Source of the DNA: Candidatus Aenigmatarchaeota archaeon
Lineage (GTDB): Archaea; Aenigmatarchaeota; Aenigmatarchaeia; Aenigmatarchaeales; Aenigmatarchaeaceae
DNA length: 64,000 bases
Reading direction: 5' to 3'
Assembly: GCA_043814985.1 (NCBI GenBank)
Contig: JBDRJK010000021.1
Span: 32,001-96,000 of the forward strand
Shown: positions 44,742 to 54,502 of the stretch, piece by piece
Position numbering within the stretch: the first letter of the stretch is position 1
Layout of the letters: every line of letters starts with the position of its first letter
Position numbers and translations under genes: made by a program
Notes under the pieces: model-generated
What the model was told of the DNA's origin: nothing
Database searches by the model: none
The model's input: the letters and a program-made list of their open reading frames with translations, nothing else

Positions 44742-45156
44742 TTTTATCGCTCTGCCTTAGGAAATACAAAGAGATTATTGCTATGATAATTCCTATAAAA
44801 TTTTGAAGTGTTACTTTCTCTCCTAAAAACAAGATTAAGAGTATAACTAATACAGCATTATTCAAGCTCATAATAGGGAAAAACATTGAGGCCGATATCT
44901 TCTTCAGCGATTCTATCACCGAAGTTGTGTGTAGGGAAAAGAAAACTCCGTTAATGACTGCTGCAACTAAACCTATTATCGTGATTGTTGAAATCCCGTA
45001 AAATAATATCATTAAAAAAGAAATGACAGAGACTGTTAGCATGTAATATATAGTAGTTAGGTTTCTATCACAATTCTTCATTGCTGCATATTTTAAAAGC
45101 AAGCCTTGTACTGAATACATTCCTAGAGACAACAAAGCAAAGTAATACCAGTCCAT
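44725..45156 (-). CDS. EamA/DMT half-transporter (N-half of a split gene?)
   Basis: 5 TM helices, FLGEK motif; 17-nt overlap with the next ORF. Confidence 0.7.
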   Translation of the reverse strand: MDWYYFALLSLGMYSVQGLLLKYAAMKNCDRNLTTIYYMLTVSVISFLMILFYGISTITIIGLVAAVINGVFFSLHTTSVIESLKKISASMFFPIMSLNNAVLVILLILFLGEKVTLQNFIGIIIAIISLYFLRQSDKNEKRA

Positions 45157-45215
45157 TTTTTCCTACCTCTCGCGACTCAATTATATATAAATAAGTCCGG
45201 CTCTATAAATGTTGT

Positions 45216-45542
45216 ATGCCTCAGGAAAGTATCATGATGAGAAGGCTGGTAGCTGTTGAGAAGAGAATAGAAGAAATCCAGCCAGAGTTAGATGTCAGGG
45301 TGAGGCTGATGGGAACTGTCATTGATGTGGCTCATAATTCTATTGTGATTGATGATGGTTCTGGAAAAATTGACATATCCTTTGAGAGGGATCCCTTAGT
45401 CAAGGAGGGACAGCTGGTAAGAGTGATAACAAGGGTGCTGCCCCTGATAGACGGCTTCCAGTGCAGGGGAGAGGCTGTTCAAACTCTGGACGGATTTAAT
45501 ATAGATTTATATAATAAAGCCAAAGAAATAGCTAAGAGATGA
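45216..45542 (+). CDS. Single OB-fold protein, RPA small-subunit-like
   Basis: RVRLMGTV, IDDGSG and GQLVRV motifs; co-oriented with PCNA. Confidence 0.7.
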   Translation: MPQESIMMRRLVAVEKRIEEIQPELDVRVRLMGTVIDVAHNSIVIDDGSGKIDISFERDPLVKEGQLVRVITRVLPLIDGFQCRGEAVQTLDGFNIDLYNKAKEIAKR

Positions 45543-45546
45543 TTAA

Positions 45547-46299
45547 ATGTTTAGGGCTGTTACAAAAGATTCGAAATTGTTAAGGGACTGTATTGATACT
45601 ATTTCACAGTTGATAGATGATGGTCTGTTCAAGCTGAAAAAGGATGGCATAGAGCTGATAGCAGCTGACCGAGCGACTGTTTCTTTTGTTGACTTTAAAT
45701 TAAAATCAACGGCATTCGATGAGTACGAGTGCGATGCTGTCACGAGCATAGGAGTGAACTTGTTGAGTCTGTTGACAATTCTTAAGAGAGCCAATTCTAA
45801 TGACAAGATGACCTTGAATTTGGATGAGAAAGAAAACAAGTTTGAAGTCATTCTTGAGGGAGACTCAAAGAGGAAGTTTGCCATTCCCTTATTGGAACTG
45901 AGAAGGGACGAGGTCCCGCAGGTTGACAAGCTGGAGTTCACTGCAGATGCTGAGGTCAGTGCAAAGGTGATCGAGCAGGGAATAAACGACGCTGACATAA
46001 TTGCAGACTCAATTATACTCGAACTGTCTGAGAACAACTTAAGGATGTCTGCTTCTGGCAACAGCAGCAAGAGTGAGATGAAGCTTTTCAAAGGAACTGA
46101 TGTTCTGACCAAACTCAATGCCAAGGAACTGGTAAGTTCGAGATATTCAATAGACTACCTGAAGAAAATGATAAAGGGCTCAAGGATAAACGACAAGGTG
46201 AAGTTAATGCTTGGAAAAGACTTCCCTCTGAAGATGAGCTTTGAAGGCAAAGACGCTTCTTTGAACATTGTGCTTGCTCCTAGGGTTTCAGAAGAGTAA
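45547..46299 (+). CDS. pcn: DNA polymerase sliding clamp PCNA
   Basis: YSIDYLKKM and LAPRV motifs; about 250 aa. Confidence 0.95.
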   Translation: MFRAVTKDSKLLRDCIDTISQLIDDGLFKLKKDGIELIAADRATVSFVDFKLKSTAFDEYECDAVTSIGVNLLSLLTILKRANSNDKMTLNLDEKENKFEVILEGDSKRKFAIPLLELRRDEVPQVDKLEFTADAEVSAKVIEQGINDADIIADSIILELSENNLRMSASGNSSKSEMKLFKGTDVLTKLNAKELVSSRYSIDYLKKMIKGSRINDKVKLMLGKDFPLKMSFEGKDASLNIVLAPRVSEE

Positions 46300-46401
46300 T
46301 CAGAAAATAAACTCTGAGGAGAATATTGCTATAATCAGAATTGCTACTAAAGTTAATACTGCTAAAGAGACAGCCAGCATGATTTTCTTCACTTGTTTCA
46401 T
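46300..46401 (-). CDS. Putative 33-aa single-TM peptide downstream of the TPM gene
   Basis: MKQVKKIMLAVSLAVLTLVAILIIAIFSSEFIF; starts 2 nt after the TPM stop. Confidence 0.4.
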   Translation of the reverse strand: MKQVKKIMLAVSLAVLTLVAILIIAIFSSEFIF

Positions 46402-46403
46402 AA

Positions 46404-47225
46404 CTACCATCCACCAGAAGCCCCACCACCACCTGATGAGCCTCCACCGAATCCACCGCCGCTGAAACCGCCTCCACTTCTTCCACTTCCTCTAGAACCG
46501 ACAAAGAATATCAACCACCAAGGAACCCTGCTCCTCTTCTTCTTTGTTTTCATCTTGCATTTTATGCATTCACAAATAACATAATCTCCTTCAACGTGGC
46601 ATTTCATCCTTCCACCGCACTTGGGGCATTTGGGAGTAGCAAACATAGAAGCAAAAACCATGATAAAAGGAATGAAGACAAATATCAATATAATTATCAC
46701 TGGTATGACATTTTCAACATCTATTTGTTCAGAAATAAAGGAAGTGTCCCCGCTGTTCTGGATGACCTGATAAACAGCATCAACAGCATCATACAGACCA
46801 TCCCCGTATCTTTCCTCTTTGAAGGCAGGTGTCATATAGGTCGTTCCAATCAAGCTTGCTGTTGAGTCAGTAATAATAGGTTCAAGACCATAGCCAACCT
46901 CTAACCTCCATCTCCTATCATTAATCGCAACAACAATCAACAGACCATTATCCTTGTCCTCAAAACCAATTCCGGCTTTTTCAAAGACTTCAACAGCATA
47001 TTGCTCTATTGTTGATGGCTCTGTTGTGTCAACAACTAAGACAGCTATCTGGACTGTTGTGTTCTCCTCTATGTGAGCAGCTAAGGCGTTTATCCTGGCT
47101 ATGTCCGAAGATGTCAGAACATTGGCATTATCATTAACATATTTCTGCAAAGTAGGAATTTCTTGAGCAATAGCAATAGAGGAAATAAAAACTAGAAACA
47201 TTAGGCAAAATACAATCTTTCTCAT
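46404..47225 (-). CDS. TPM-domain (YgcG-like) membrane protein with zinc ribbon and Gly-rich tail
   Basis: YVNDNA, DNGLL, EVGYGLE, CPKC and GGGSSGGGGASGGW motifs. Confidence 0.92.
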   Translation of the reverse strand: MRKIVFCLMFLVFISSIAIAQEIPTLQKYVNDNANVLTSSDIARINALAAHIEENTTVQIAVLVVDTTEPSTIEQYAVEVFEKAGIGFEDKDNGLLIVVAINDRRWRLEVGYGLEPIITDSTASLIGTTYMTPAFKEERYGDGLYDAVDAVYQVIQNSGDTSFISEQIDVENVIPVIIILIFVFIPFIMVFASMFATPKCPKCGGRMKCHVEGDYVICECIKCKMKTKKKRSRVPWWLIFFVGSRGSGRSGGGFSGGGFGGGSSGGGGASGGW

Positions 47226-47233
47226 CTAAAAAC

Positions 47234-47821
47234 CTATGTAATAGTCAAGTTGACTACTGGGGCAATTTCTGCTCCTTCCTGTGATTCAAAGTAAGGTCTC
47301 TGACTGAAGCCGAACATGTTTGCAAACATATTTGAAGGGAATGTTAAAACTGCAGTGTTGTATTGTCTTACCCTATCATTGAATCTCATTCTTTCCACAG
47401 CAATCCTGTTCTCTGTTCCTTCCAGATTAATCATCAAAGAAGCTATAGGTTGTGATGCCTGCAATGTTGGATAACTCTCGAAAACAGCTATCAATCTTCC
47501 TAAAGCTGAATCCAAGGCATTTCCAATATTAACTTTGTCATCAGTGTTCGTTGTTGATCCCCACTGGCTTCTCAATGCTGTAATCTCTTCTAACAAGTCT
47601 TTTTCGAATTGCATGTAGCCTTTTGCAGTGTTTATCAGGTTGGGTATTAAATCTATTCTCCTCTGATATTGTGTCTCAACCTGAGCCCACTGGTTCTCTA
47701 TTTGCTGGTTCAGTGTAATGAAGTTGTTGTATGCTCCAATTATCCAAAAAGCTATTACTGCAATTACAACCAGTACCAAGAACCAAGGTTTCATATAGAA
47801 TGGTTTGTCCTTTTTGACCAT
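47234..47821 (-). CDS. lemA: LemA family protein
   Basis: QRRIDLIPNL, ESYP.L, GTENRI and FPSN motifs. Confidence 0.93.
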   Translation of the reverse strand: MVKKDKPFYMKPWFLVLVVIAVIAFWIIGAYNNFITLNQQIENQWAQVETQYQRRIDLIPNLINTAKGYMQFEKDLLEEITALRSQWGSTTNTDDKVNIGNALDSALGRLIAVFESYPTLQASQPIASLMINLEGTENRIAVERMRFNDRVRQYNTAVLTFPSNMFANMFGFSQRPYFESQEGAEIAPVVNLTIT

Positions 47822-47901
47822 AAGAATTATTCTCTTGCATAGTTTAAAAGCATTTTTATCAGGATTTAAGGCTTAAATTATTAATTGTTCAATAGTCCTC
47901 T

Positions 47902-48183
47902 ATGGATTTAATAGAAAGGGAAAAGAGGGCCTTAAATTGTCGTCCTATTTTAGAATCACTTATTTCAAGTACAGACAAAAGTACATCTACTCAAGTTATC
48001 TACGAAGCATCACAGGCTTCTAATCCTACAATAACACGTTCGGCTTTAAAGGATTATTTAAACTTCTTAGAAGAAGAACGATTGATAAAACCAACAGATT
48101 CGGGCAAAAATGGGTATAGACTATTGGGAACAGGGGTAACAGCTCTGAAAGCGATGAAAGAACTTGACAGGGCCTTTCGTTAA
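47902..48183 (+). CDS. Small winged-helix-like protein
   Basis: YLNFLEEERLI...YRLLGTG pattern. Confidence 0.55.
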   Translation: MDLIEREKRALNCRPILESLISSTDKSTSTQVIYEASQASNPTITRSALKDYLNFLEEERLIKPTDSGKNGYRLLGTGVTALKAMKELDRAFR

Positions 48184-48257
48184 AAAAGGGTTATAACTTC
48201 TCGTAAACAGCAGCAAGTTTTAAAATCTTTATATTATTTGGCAAGAAATTAGTCTAC

Positions 48258-49187
48258 ATGACGAATGTAAAAGATTTCACTCCGAAAAAGCAGACTGTCG
48301 ACGAGCTAGTAAAGCAGCTAAAGGACACATCATTCAATGCCAGAAACCTAGGGAACTCTGTGGATATTCTGGAAGACATGATAAAGGATAAGGGCTGTGT
48401 CAAGTTTTTGGGCTTGTCCGGGGCTTTGGTGCCTGCTGGAATGAGAAGATGCATTGTGGAGATGATAAGAAACAAGTGGATTAATGTGATTGTTTCCACA
48501 GGAGCCAATATAACACATGACTTGGCAATTTCTCTTGGAGGTGAGCAATACATACAGTGCAATCCTGATGCTGCTGATGATTGTAAGATGCGCAAAAGTG
48601 AAACCAGTAGGATTTATGACATTGCGTCGCCAGATAAGAGCTCGGTTGACTTTGAGGAAGGAATCCAAAAGATTCTAAAAACAATAAAAGGCAAAAAGCT
48701 TTCAACCTACGAGTTGATGGAGGAAATAGGCAAAAAAATAGAGGACGAGAACTCCATAGTGAAAGCTGCTGCAGAAAACGGCGTTAAAATCATAATACCT
48801 GCTTTTTTTGATTCCATTCTAGGCTTCCAGATTTGGATGTACTCACAGGACAATGAGCTTTTGATTGATGAAAGAAAGGACTTGGACTTCCTAATTAACA
48901 TGCATTATGATTTGAAGAGCAATGGAAAGAACAGCGGGGCTTTGTTGCTTGGGGGCGGCGTTCCCAAGAACTATATTTTGCAGGCAGTAATCATTCCAGA
49001 CAAACCTCACAAGTACGTGATTCAGGTGACCACGGACGTTCCGCATTACGGGGGGCTCTCAGGAGCGAGTCTAGACGAGGCAAAAAGCTGGGGAAAGGTG
49101 AATGAGAAGTCCAGACTATGCTGTGTTTACTGCGATGCGACCATTGCATTGCCAATAATGGTGTCTTCTTTGAAAGAAAGGATTTAA
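48258..49187 (+). CDS. dys: Deoxyhypusine synthase
   Basis: STGANITHD, GGGVPKN and GGLSGASLDEAKSWGK motifs. Confidence 0.93.
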   Translation: MTNVKDFTPKKQTVDELVKQLKDTSFNARNLGNSVDILEDMIKDKGCVKFLGLSGALVPAGMRRCIVEMIRNKWINVIVSTGANITHDLAISLGGEQYIQCNPDAADDCKMRKSETSRIYDIASPDKSSVDFEEGIQKILKTIKGKKLSTYELMEEIGKKIEDENSIVKAAAENGVKIIIPAFFDSILGFQIWMYSQDNELLIDERKDLDFLINMHYDLKSNGKNSGALLLGGGVPKNYILQAVIIPDKPHKYVIQVTTDVPHYGGLSGASLDEAKSWGKVNEKSRLCCVYCDATIALPIMVSSLKERI

Positions 49188-49204
49188 GCTCTTAAAACTT
49201 TATA

Positions 49205-50458
49205 ATGGTTATGAATCAGTTTGAGGTCATCAAATACTATTCTAGGCCTGATATACAGAAGAAAATGATAGAAATAGCCAAGAACAGGGAGGTTGTCGGT
49301 TCGTTGAAGGACGGTTCCTTTTTGAGCAGGCCTGACATACTTTTGTATCCAAAGGACATTGAGGAAAGGGCAAAAATGGGCGTTGTTGCGTTTCATTGTT
49401 CTGTTGAAAGATGGACCCAGCCAATGCAGTTGTCCACTGGTTTAAGCCCAAAGGATTTGGACAACATGAGAAAGGGTTTTGACTTTATTCTAGACATCGA
49501 TGCCAAGGCAAAGCTGGAACATGCTATTGTGGGAACCAGAGTAGCTTATAATTTCCTGAAGGATTTGGGAATCAAGCCAACTATAAAGTTCTCCGGTTCA
49601 AGGGGTTTTCACATCTCCATATCCAGCGAGGCATTTCCAGAGAAAATTGACTTCCAGGAGACCAAGAACAAGTATCCGGAAATACCACAGACAATAGCAG
49701 ACTATCTCAGAGAAAAGATAAAGGATCAGTTATTAGAAGAATTAATAGCTATGGAAGGAGGCGTTGCTTCTCTGGTTAATACAGTCCCATCTGTGACCAA
49801 GCTTTCTCCTTATGAGTTCATAGAATTTGAAAAGGATTGGGGCAACCGACATCTTTTCAGGATGCCTTACTCCTTGCATCCGAAGTTCTGGCTCGTTTCA
49901 ATGCCATTGAAGATTGGGGATTTGAAGAGTTTCAACAGACTAAAAGCAAAGCCGGAAAATGTCAAGACCAATGCTGATTTTCTTGTCAACAAGGAAGGCG
50001 AGGCAACTGAATTATTGCTAAAATCGCTTGACTGGAAGGCCAAGCAGCCAAAAGAAATCAAGAAAGATGTCAAAATTAGAAGGAAGCTCAATACACCGAT
50101 TCCAGAGGAATACTTCCCACCATGCATAAAGCTGATACTGAAGGGAATTCCTGATGGAAAGAAGAGATCACTATTCTCCTTGTCAACTTTCCTGCGGGCC
50201 ATGAACTGGAACCAGGAAGAAATAGAGAAAAGGATGATAGAATGGAACAAGAACAACTCACCCCCTTTGGTTGAGAGGTCTGTTAGGACGCAACTGAAAT
50301 GGCACTCCAGGCAGAGCAGGGAGCTGATGCCTGCCAACTGCAATTCAGGCACGTTCTACACATCCTTGGGGGTCTGCAAGCCTGACAGGAACTGCAAGAA
50401 GAACCCTGTCAATTACCCCTTCATGCTTATGAAAAGGAATAAAAAGTTAAGAAAGTAA
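49205..50458 (+). CDS. Fused PriS-PriL DNA primase (DPANN type)
   Basis: AEP motifs DFILDID, SGSRGFH and FRMPYSLH plus a C-terminal Fe-S domain FPPC...NC...C...C. Confidence 0.9.
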   Translation: MVMNQFEVIKYYSRPDIQKKMIEIAKNREVVGSLKDGSFLSRPDILLYPKDIEERAKMGVVAFHCSVERWTQPMQLSTGLSPKDLDNMRKGFDFILDIDAKAKLEHAIVGTRVAYNFLKDLGIKPTIKFSGSRGFHISISSEAFPEKIDFQETKNKYPEIPQTIADYLREKIKDQLLEELIAMEGGVASLVNTVPSVTKLSPYEFIEFEKDWGNRHLFRMPYSLHPKFWLVSMPLKIGDLKSFNRLKAKPENVKTNADFLVNKEGEATELLLKSLDWKAKQPKEIKKDVKIRRKLNTPIPEEYFPPCIKLILKGIPDGKKRSLFSLSTFLRAMNWNQEEIEKRMIEWNKNNSPPLVERSVRTQLKWHSRQSRELMPANCNSGTFYTSLGVCKPDRNCKKNPVNYPFMLMKRNKKLRK

Positions 50459-50466
50459 GTGGTCTT

Positions 50467-51066
50467 ATGGAACTAATAACATACGAGACAATAAGGAGCG
50501 CTCACAGGGCTGAGAAGGACGACGAGTTGCAGAAACTGCCAGACGGCTTCTTTGAGTCTGTTAAGAACTGGTTTAAGCACAAGGAAAAGATGAAAGACAC
50601 TACCTCTTTGTTGGAGGTAGAGAACGCCAAGAAGCTTCTGGAAGACGTAATAAACAGGAGGCAGAAAAAAGTTGTTCTATCTGCCCTAAGAACTGTCAGG
50701 GGCGACTTGCCGCCAACAAATCTGAACGACGAGGAGAGGAAGTTCTTCGACCAGACAGTAAGCATATTAAAAGATTTCAGGAACAATATGAAAGAGAAAT
50801 TTAGAAGCTACGAGGACATAGTCGAGGAAAAGATAGAAGAGGCCAAGAAAAGCGTTGAGGAATTAAAACCAAAGGAAATGGTTGAACAAAAGCTTATAAA
50901 ACCCGACGATAAACTAATGGTTAAAATATTGAGCGATTTGCCAAGGTTTGTGGGATCCAACCTTGAATCCTACGGACCTCTGAGGGCGGGTGATGTTATA
51001 ACCCTGCCAGAGGATGTAGGCAATGTCCTGTTGACAAGAAAGGTCGCTGAAAACATTTTAGAGTGA
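50467..51066 (+). CDS. GINS complex subunit (Gins51-like)
   Basis: LQKLP..F, RRQKKV and FVG...YGP motifs; follows the primase. Confidence 0.85.
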   Translation: MELITYETIRSAHRAEKDDELQKLPDGFFESVKNWFKHKEKMKDTTSLLEVENAKKLLEDVINRRQKKVVLSALRTVRGDLPPTNLNDEERKFFDQTVSILKDFRNNMKEKFRSYEDIVEEKIEEAKKSVEELKPKEMVEQKLIKPDDKLMVKILSDLPRFVGSNLESYGPLRAGDVITLPEDVGNVLLTRKVAENILE

Positions 51067-51070
51067 TAGT

Positions 51071-51361
51071 ATGGACATACCAAAAACACAAAAAAGATAC
51101 TGCCCGTTTTGCAGGAAGCACACCGAGCACACAATAAGAAGGATTGGTGTGGGAAAGAAGAGAAGGAAAATGGCTCAGGGTGAGAGAAGAGTTGATAGAA
51201 AAAAGAAGGGCTTTGGGAGCTTTCCCAAGTCAAACCCAAAGGGAAGAGCAAAACCAACAAGAAAGCTTGACCTGAGGTACAAGTGCAAGGATTGCAAGAA
51301 GGAGCACACAATCGGGCAGGGTTTCAGGATAAAAAAATTCGAGCTTAAGAAGAAATTATAA
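51071..51361 (+). CDS. rpl44e: 50S ribosomal protein L44e
   Basis: YCPFCRKHTEH and C..CKK motifs. Confidence 0.95.
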   Translation: MDIPKTQKRYCPFCRKHTEHTIRRIGVGKKRRKMAQGERRVDRKKKGFGSFPKSNPKGRAKPTRKLDLRYKCKDCKKEHTIGQGFRIKKFELKKKL

Positions 51362-51546
51362 TGAAAAAAACAATTCCAAAAACAAAGAGCAAGTTTTTGA
51401 AAGTCGTCTGCACCAAGTGCAGCAACGAGCAGGTGATTTTCAACAAGGCCACTACCAATGTTAAGTGCTTAGTTTGCGGTGAAGAATTGTCAAGCGCAAC
51501 AGGCGGAAAGGCCAAGATAAAGTCAAAGGTTCTTCAAGTTCTCTAA
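51361..51546 (+). CDS. rps27e: 30S ribosomal protein S27e
   Basis: SKFLKVVC..C.NEQ and C..CG..L...TGGKA motifs. Confidence 0.95.
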   Translation: MKKTIPKTKSKFLKVVCTKCSNEQVIFNKATTNVKCLVCGEELSSATGGKAKIKSKVLQVL

Positions 51547-52658
51547 TCATAATTGTATGTTCTATGTTTCAAACGCTTTTGGAAGCGTTCATCTGCTTTT
51601 CTTACATCATCCAAACCTGCAAGCAGTCCTTGGGATGTTTCCCTAAGACCAGCTCCAGGGCCGCACACAAACCACTGTTTTCCTTCCCAAGATTCTGGAT
51701 AAATTGTTACAGCATTATCTGTACCTTTGGAATTGGAAATATTATCATCTTTTGGAATTTCTTCGAACCCTATTTTATATTCTTTCTTTTCAAAGTCAAG
51801 ATGAGCGACATATTCTAGTTTACAGTTCTTATTTTTTGCTTCTTTAACCCTTTGTGCAAACTTTTCATCAATTATACTAATACCTTTCATAAATTCTTCA
51901 ACAGAAACATCCATCAGTTCATCTGGAACAATTTTTTCAACTTTTATCTCCTCTTCCTTGATATTGATGCCGGCTGTTCTAGCAATTGTGATAGCTTTTC
52001 TTTCGGCGTCTTTACCACTAAGATCATCGCGTGGATTAGGCTCAGTGTAAAAATTATCTTTAGCCTCTTTCAGAGCAACAGAAAGAGGTACACCTTTGTT
52101 GATTCTTCCTGAGATATATTTCATTGTACCGCTCAAACAACCTACAACACGTTTAATGCCGCGGGCAGATTCTCTAAATTCTTCAACTTTTGTTGGAACA
52201 CCTAAATTGGCACTGACAATTACCCTATAATCTATTATTCTACCCCTCTCATTCGCAGTGTTAATTAATTTTTTGAAATCCTCATAATCACTGTCAGCAA
52301 AGGGAATCTTATTAGCACTGACTACATCTTTATTTTTCTTTAATGCATTCATCTGGGTTTCATAAGTTTTTGCGCTTGTTGCATCAACAAGAACGTTAAT
52401 ATCATCAAATGAATCTTCAATCCTTTCTAAGTATTCAACTCCTTCACCTTCATAATCCTTTAGTTTTTTTCCTTCCTTTTTGAAAGACATGAGTTCCTTT
52501 AGCTCTTTCTTTGAAAAACCGTCTTTTTTTCTTATTACACCACTTCTGTCAGAAAGAGAAGTTATAACATATTCAACATGATTTGGATTTTCAGATTCTA
52601 TGATTTGATCAGCCAACTTACGCCCAACATGTCCAAATCCATGTATTCCAATTTTCAT
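51543..52658 (-). CDS. Homoserine dehydrogenase (resembles the HSDH domain of bacterial ThrA/MetL)
   Basis: GFGHVG, ANK, LSGT, TEPNPRDDLSGKD and GPGAG motifs. Confidence 0.85.
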   Translation of the reverse strand: MKIGIHGFGHVGRKLADQIIESENPNHVEYVITSLSDRSGVIRKKDGFSKKELKELMSFKKEGKKLKDYEGEGVEYLERIEDSFDDINVLVDATSAKTYETQMNALKKNKDVVSANKIPFADSDYEDFKKLINTANERGRIIDYRVIVSANLGVPTKVEEFRESARGIKRVVGCLSGTMKYISGRINKGVPLSVALKEAKDNFYTEPNPRDDLSGKDAERKAITIARTAGINIKEEEIKVEKIVPDELMDVSVEEFMKGISIIDEKFAQRVKEAKNKNCKLEYVAHLDFEKKEYKIGFEEIPKDDNISNSKGTDNAVTIYPESWEGKQWFVCGPGAGLRETSQGLLAGLDDVRKADERFQKRLKHRTYNYD

Positions 52659-52738
52659 ATCTCTTATTAGATTAAAAGCTTTAAATCTCTTTTCCACAAA
52701 GAATAACTTTAAAAATTCTTCTATTCTATAAAGTTCTT

Positions 52739-53515
52739 ATGCCGAAAAGGGGAGAATGGCCAAGAAGTCGTGAAATAGTATTGGGAACCGTAATTAAGGT
52801 TAATCCGTTCTCTGCGTTTGTTGCTCTTGATGAGTACGACAAGAAAGAGGGCATGATTCATATTTCTGAGGTTGCTGGCAAGTGGGTAAGGGACATAAGG
52901 AAGTTTGTCAGGGTAGGCCAGAAAGTCGTTGTAATGGTCATGAGAATTGACGCGGAGAAGGGCCACATTACTTTAAGCTTGAAGAGGGTCAAGAAGTACG
53001 ACACTGAAAAGAAAATGAGGGATTACAAGAGGGAGATAAAGGCTGAGAAAATGCTCAAGACCCTGGCAGAAAAGGCCAACATTGATTTGGAAAAGGCTTA
53101 TAATGAAATCGGATACCAGCTCCAGGACATTTTCGGCGAGATGTTCAAGCCGTTCCAGATGTCCCTGACAGAAAAGGAATACGACATACTTATCAAGAAA
53201 GGCATACCCGAGAAGTGGGCAAAGCTGATAAAGGAAGTAGCGGAAGATCAGATGGAGCTAAAAGAGACATCAATAAAGGGCGTGATAGAACTGAAATGCT
53301 ACAGGCCGGATGGTGTCAACATAATCAAAAAGGTTCTTAAGGACGCCGAGAAAAAATACAATATTGATTCAAAATATATCTCAGCCCCGAAATATTCCAT
53401 ATTCTTGAAGACAAAGGATGCAAAGTTAGGCGAGAAGAAGCTGAGGGAAGCTGGTGAGGAAATAATCAGTAATATCAAAAACTTTGATGGGGAAGGAAAA
53501 TTAACAGTTGGTTGA
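52739..53515 (+). CDS. eif2a: Translation initiation factor aIF2 alpha subunit
   Basis: S1 domain LDEY..KEGMIHISE; YISAPKY motif. Confidence 0.95.
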   Translation: MPKRGEWPRSREIVLGTVIKVNPFSAFVALDEYDKKEGMIHISEVAGKWVRDIRKFVRVGQKVVVMVMRIDAEKGHITLSLKRVKKYDTEKKMRDYKREIKAEKMLKTLAEKANIDLEKAYNEIGYQLQDIFGEMFKPFQMSLTEKEYDILIKKGIPEKWAKLIKEVAEDQMELKETSIKGVIELKCYRPDGVNIIKKVLKDAEKKYNIDSKYISAPKYSIFLKTKDAKLGEKKLREAGEEIISNIKNFDGEGKLTVG

Positions 53516-53698
53516 ATGCTGCTGAAGAAATGTCCTAAATGCAAGAAATACACCATGAAGGACTTATGCTCTGAATGCAACGAACAATCAGCAAGCGCAC
53601 ATCCCCAGAAATTCTCCATTGAAAAAGAGAAAAAATACGGGAAATACAGAAGGCAAACATTTAAATTGAGCGAAACCAAAAGTGTTTATCATGCTTGA
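53516..53698 (+). CDS. nop10: H/ACA RNP protein Nop10
   Basis: KCPKC..YTM...C..C and HP.KFS...KYGKYR motifs. Confidence 0.9.
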   Translation: MLLKKCPKCKKYTMKDLCSECNEQSASAHPQKFSIEKEKKYGKYRRQTFKLSETKSVYHA

Positions 53699-54464
53699 GA
53701 CAAAGATTATTGCTGAGAAAATACCAAAGCTGAAAAATCCTGTCTGTCTTGTCGGTCTTCCTGGAATAGGCAACATAGGAAGGATTGCCATTGGCTACAT
53801 GGTTCATGAGCTAAAGGCCAAGAAGTTTGCAGATTTATATTCACCATATTTCTTCCCGTTCGTAATGATACACAACAACATGATTCACACTTTGAAGAAC
53901 GAGTTCTACTACTACAAGGGAAAGGACAGGGATTTGATTATGCTGATAGGAGACTGCCAGACATATGATCCCAAGGGACACTACGAGGTTGTTGGAAAAA
54001 TTCTGGAGTTTCTAAAGGGTTTGGGATGCGAGCAGCTGATAACTGTTGGCGGTTTCGGGACAGGAGAAGTCTCCGAGAAACCCCAGGTTTATGGTTCTGT
54101 CACAGATACTGAAATGCTAAAAAAATACAAGAATATCGGGATTAACTTTGACATAAGCGGCCAGATAGGTACGATTGTAGGCGCTTCAGGTCTGTTAGTT
54201 GGTTTGTCTAACCTCTACGGCATAAAGGCCATGGTTCTTTTGGGAGAGACAACTGGTTTTCCAATCATAACAGACCCCACAGCTGCTGAGGCTGTACTGA
54301 ATGTGATAAAGAAGATGCTCAAGATAAAGATAGACCTTACAAAGCTGGACGAGAAAGTAAAGGCGATGCATGACTTCATCAAGAAGCTTGAGAGCATCCA
54401 GAAGCAGGCAATAGACCAGATCAAGAAGGAAAAGAAGTCTGAAGAATTAAAGTACATAGGCTAA
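53691..54464 (+). CDS. PAC2 family proteasome assembly chaperone-like protein
   Basis: GLPGIGNIG, IVGASGLL and C-terminal YIG motifs. Confidence 0.9.
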   Translation: MLETKIIAEKIPKLKNPVCLVGLPGIGNIGRIAIGYMVHELKAKKFADLYSPYFFPFVMIHNNMIHTLKNEFYYYKGKDRDLIMLIGDCQTYDPKGHYEVVGKILEFLKGLGCEQLITVGGFGTGEVSEKPQVYGSVTDTEMLKKYKNIGINFDISGQIGTIVGASGLLVGLSNLYGIKAMVLLGETTGFPIITDPTAAEAVLNVIKKMLKIKIDLTKLDEKVKAMHDFIKKLESIQKQAIDQIKKEKKSEELKYIG

Positions 54465-54502
54465 TTCTGCAGTATTTTATATTTAGAATTCATTATATCT
54501 TT

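Noticed and set aside
46404..46490. CCACC-rich repeat-like tract
   Set aside because: It encodes the normal Gly-rich tail of TPM-domain proteins
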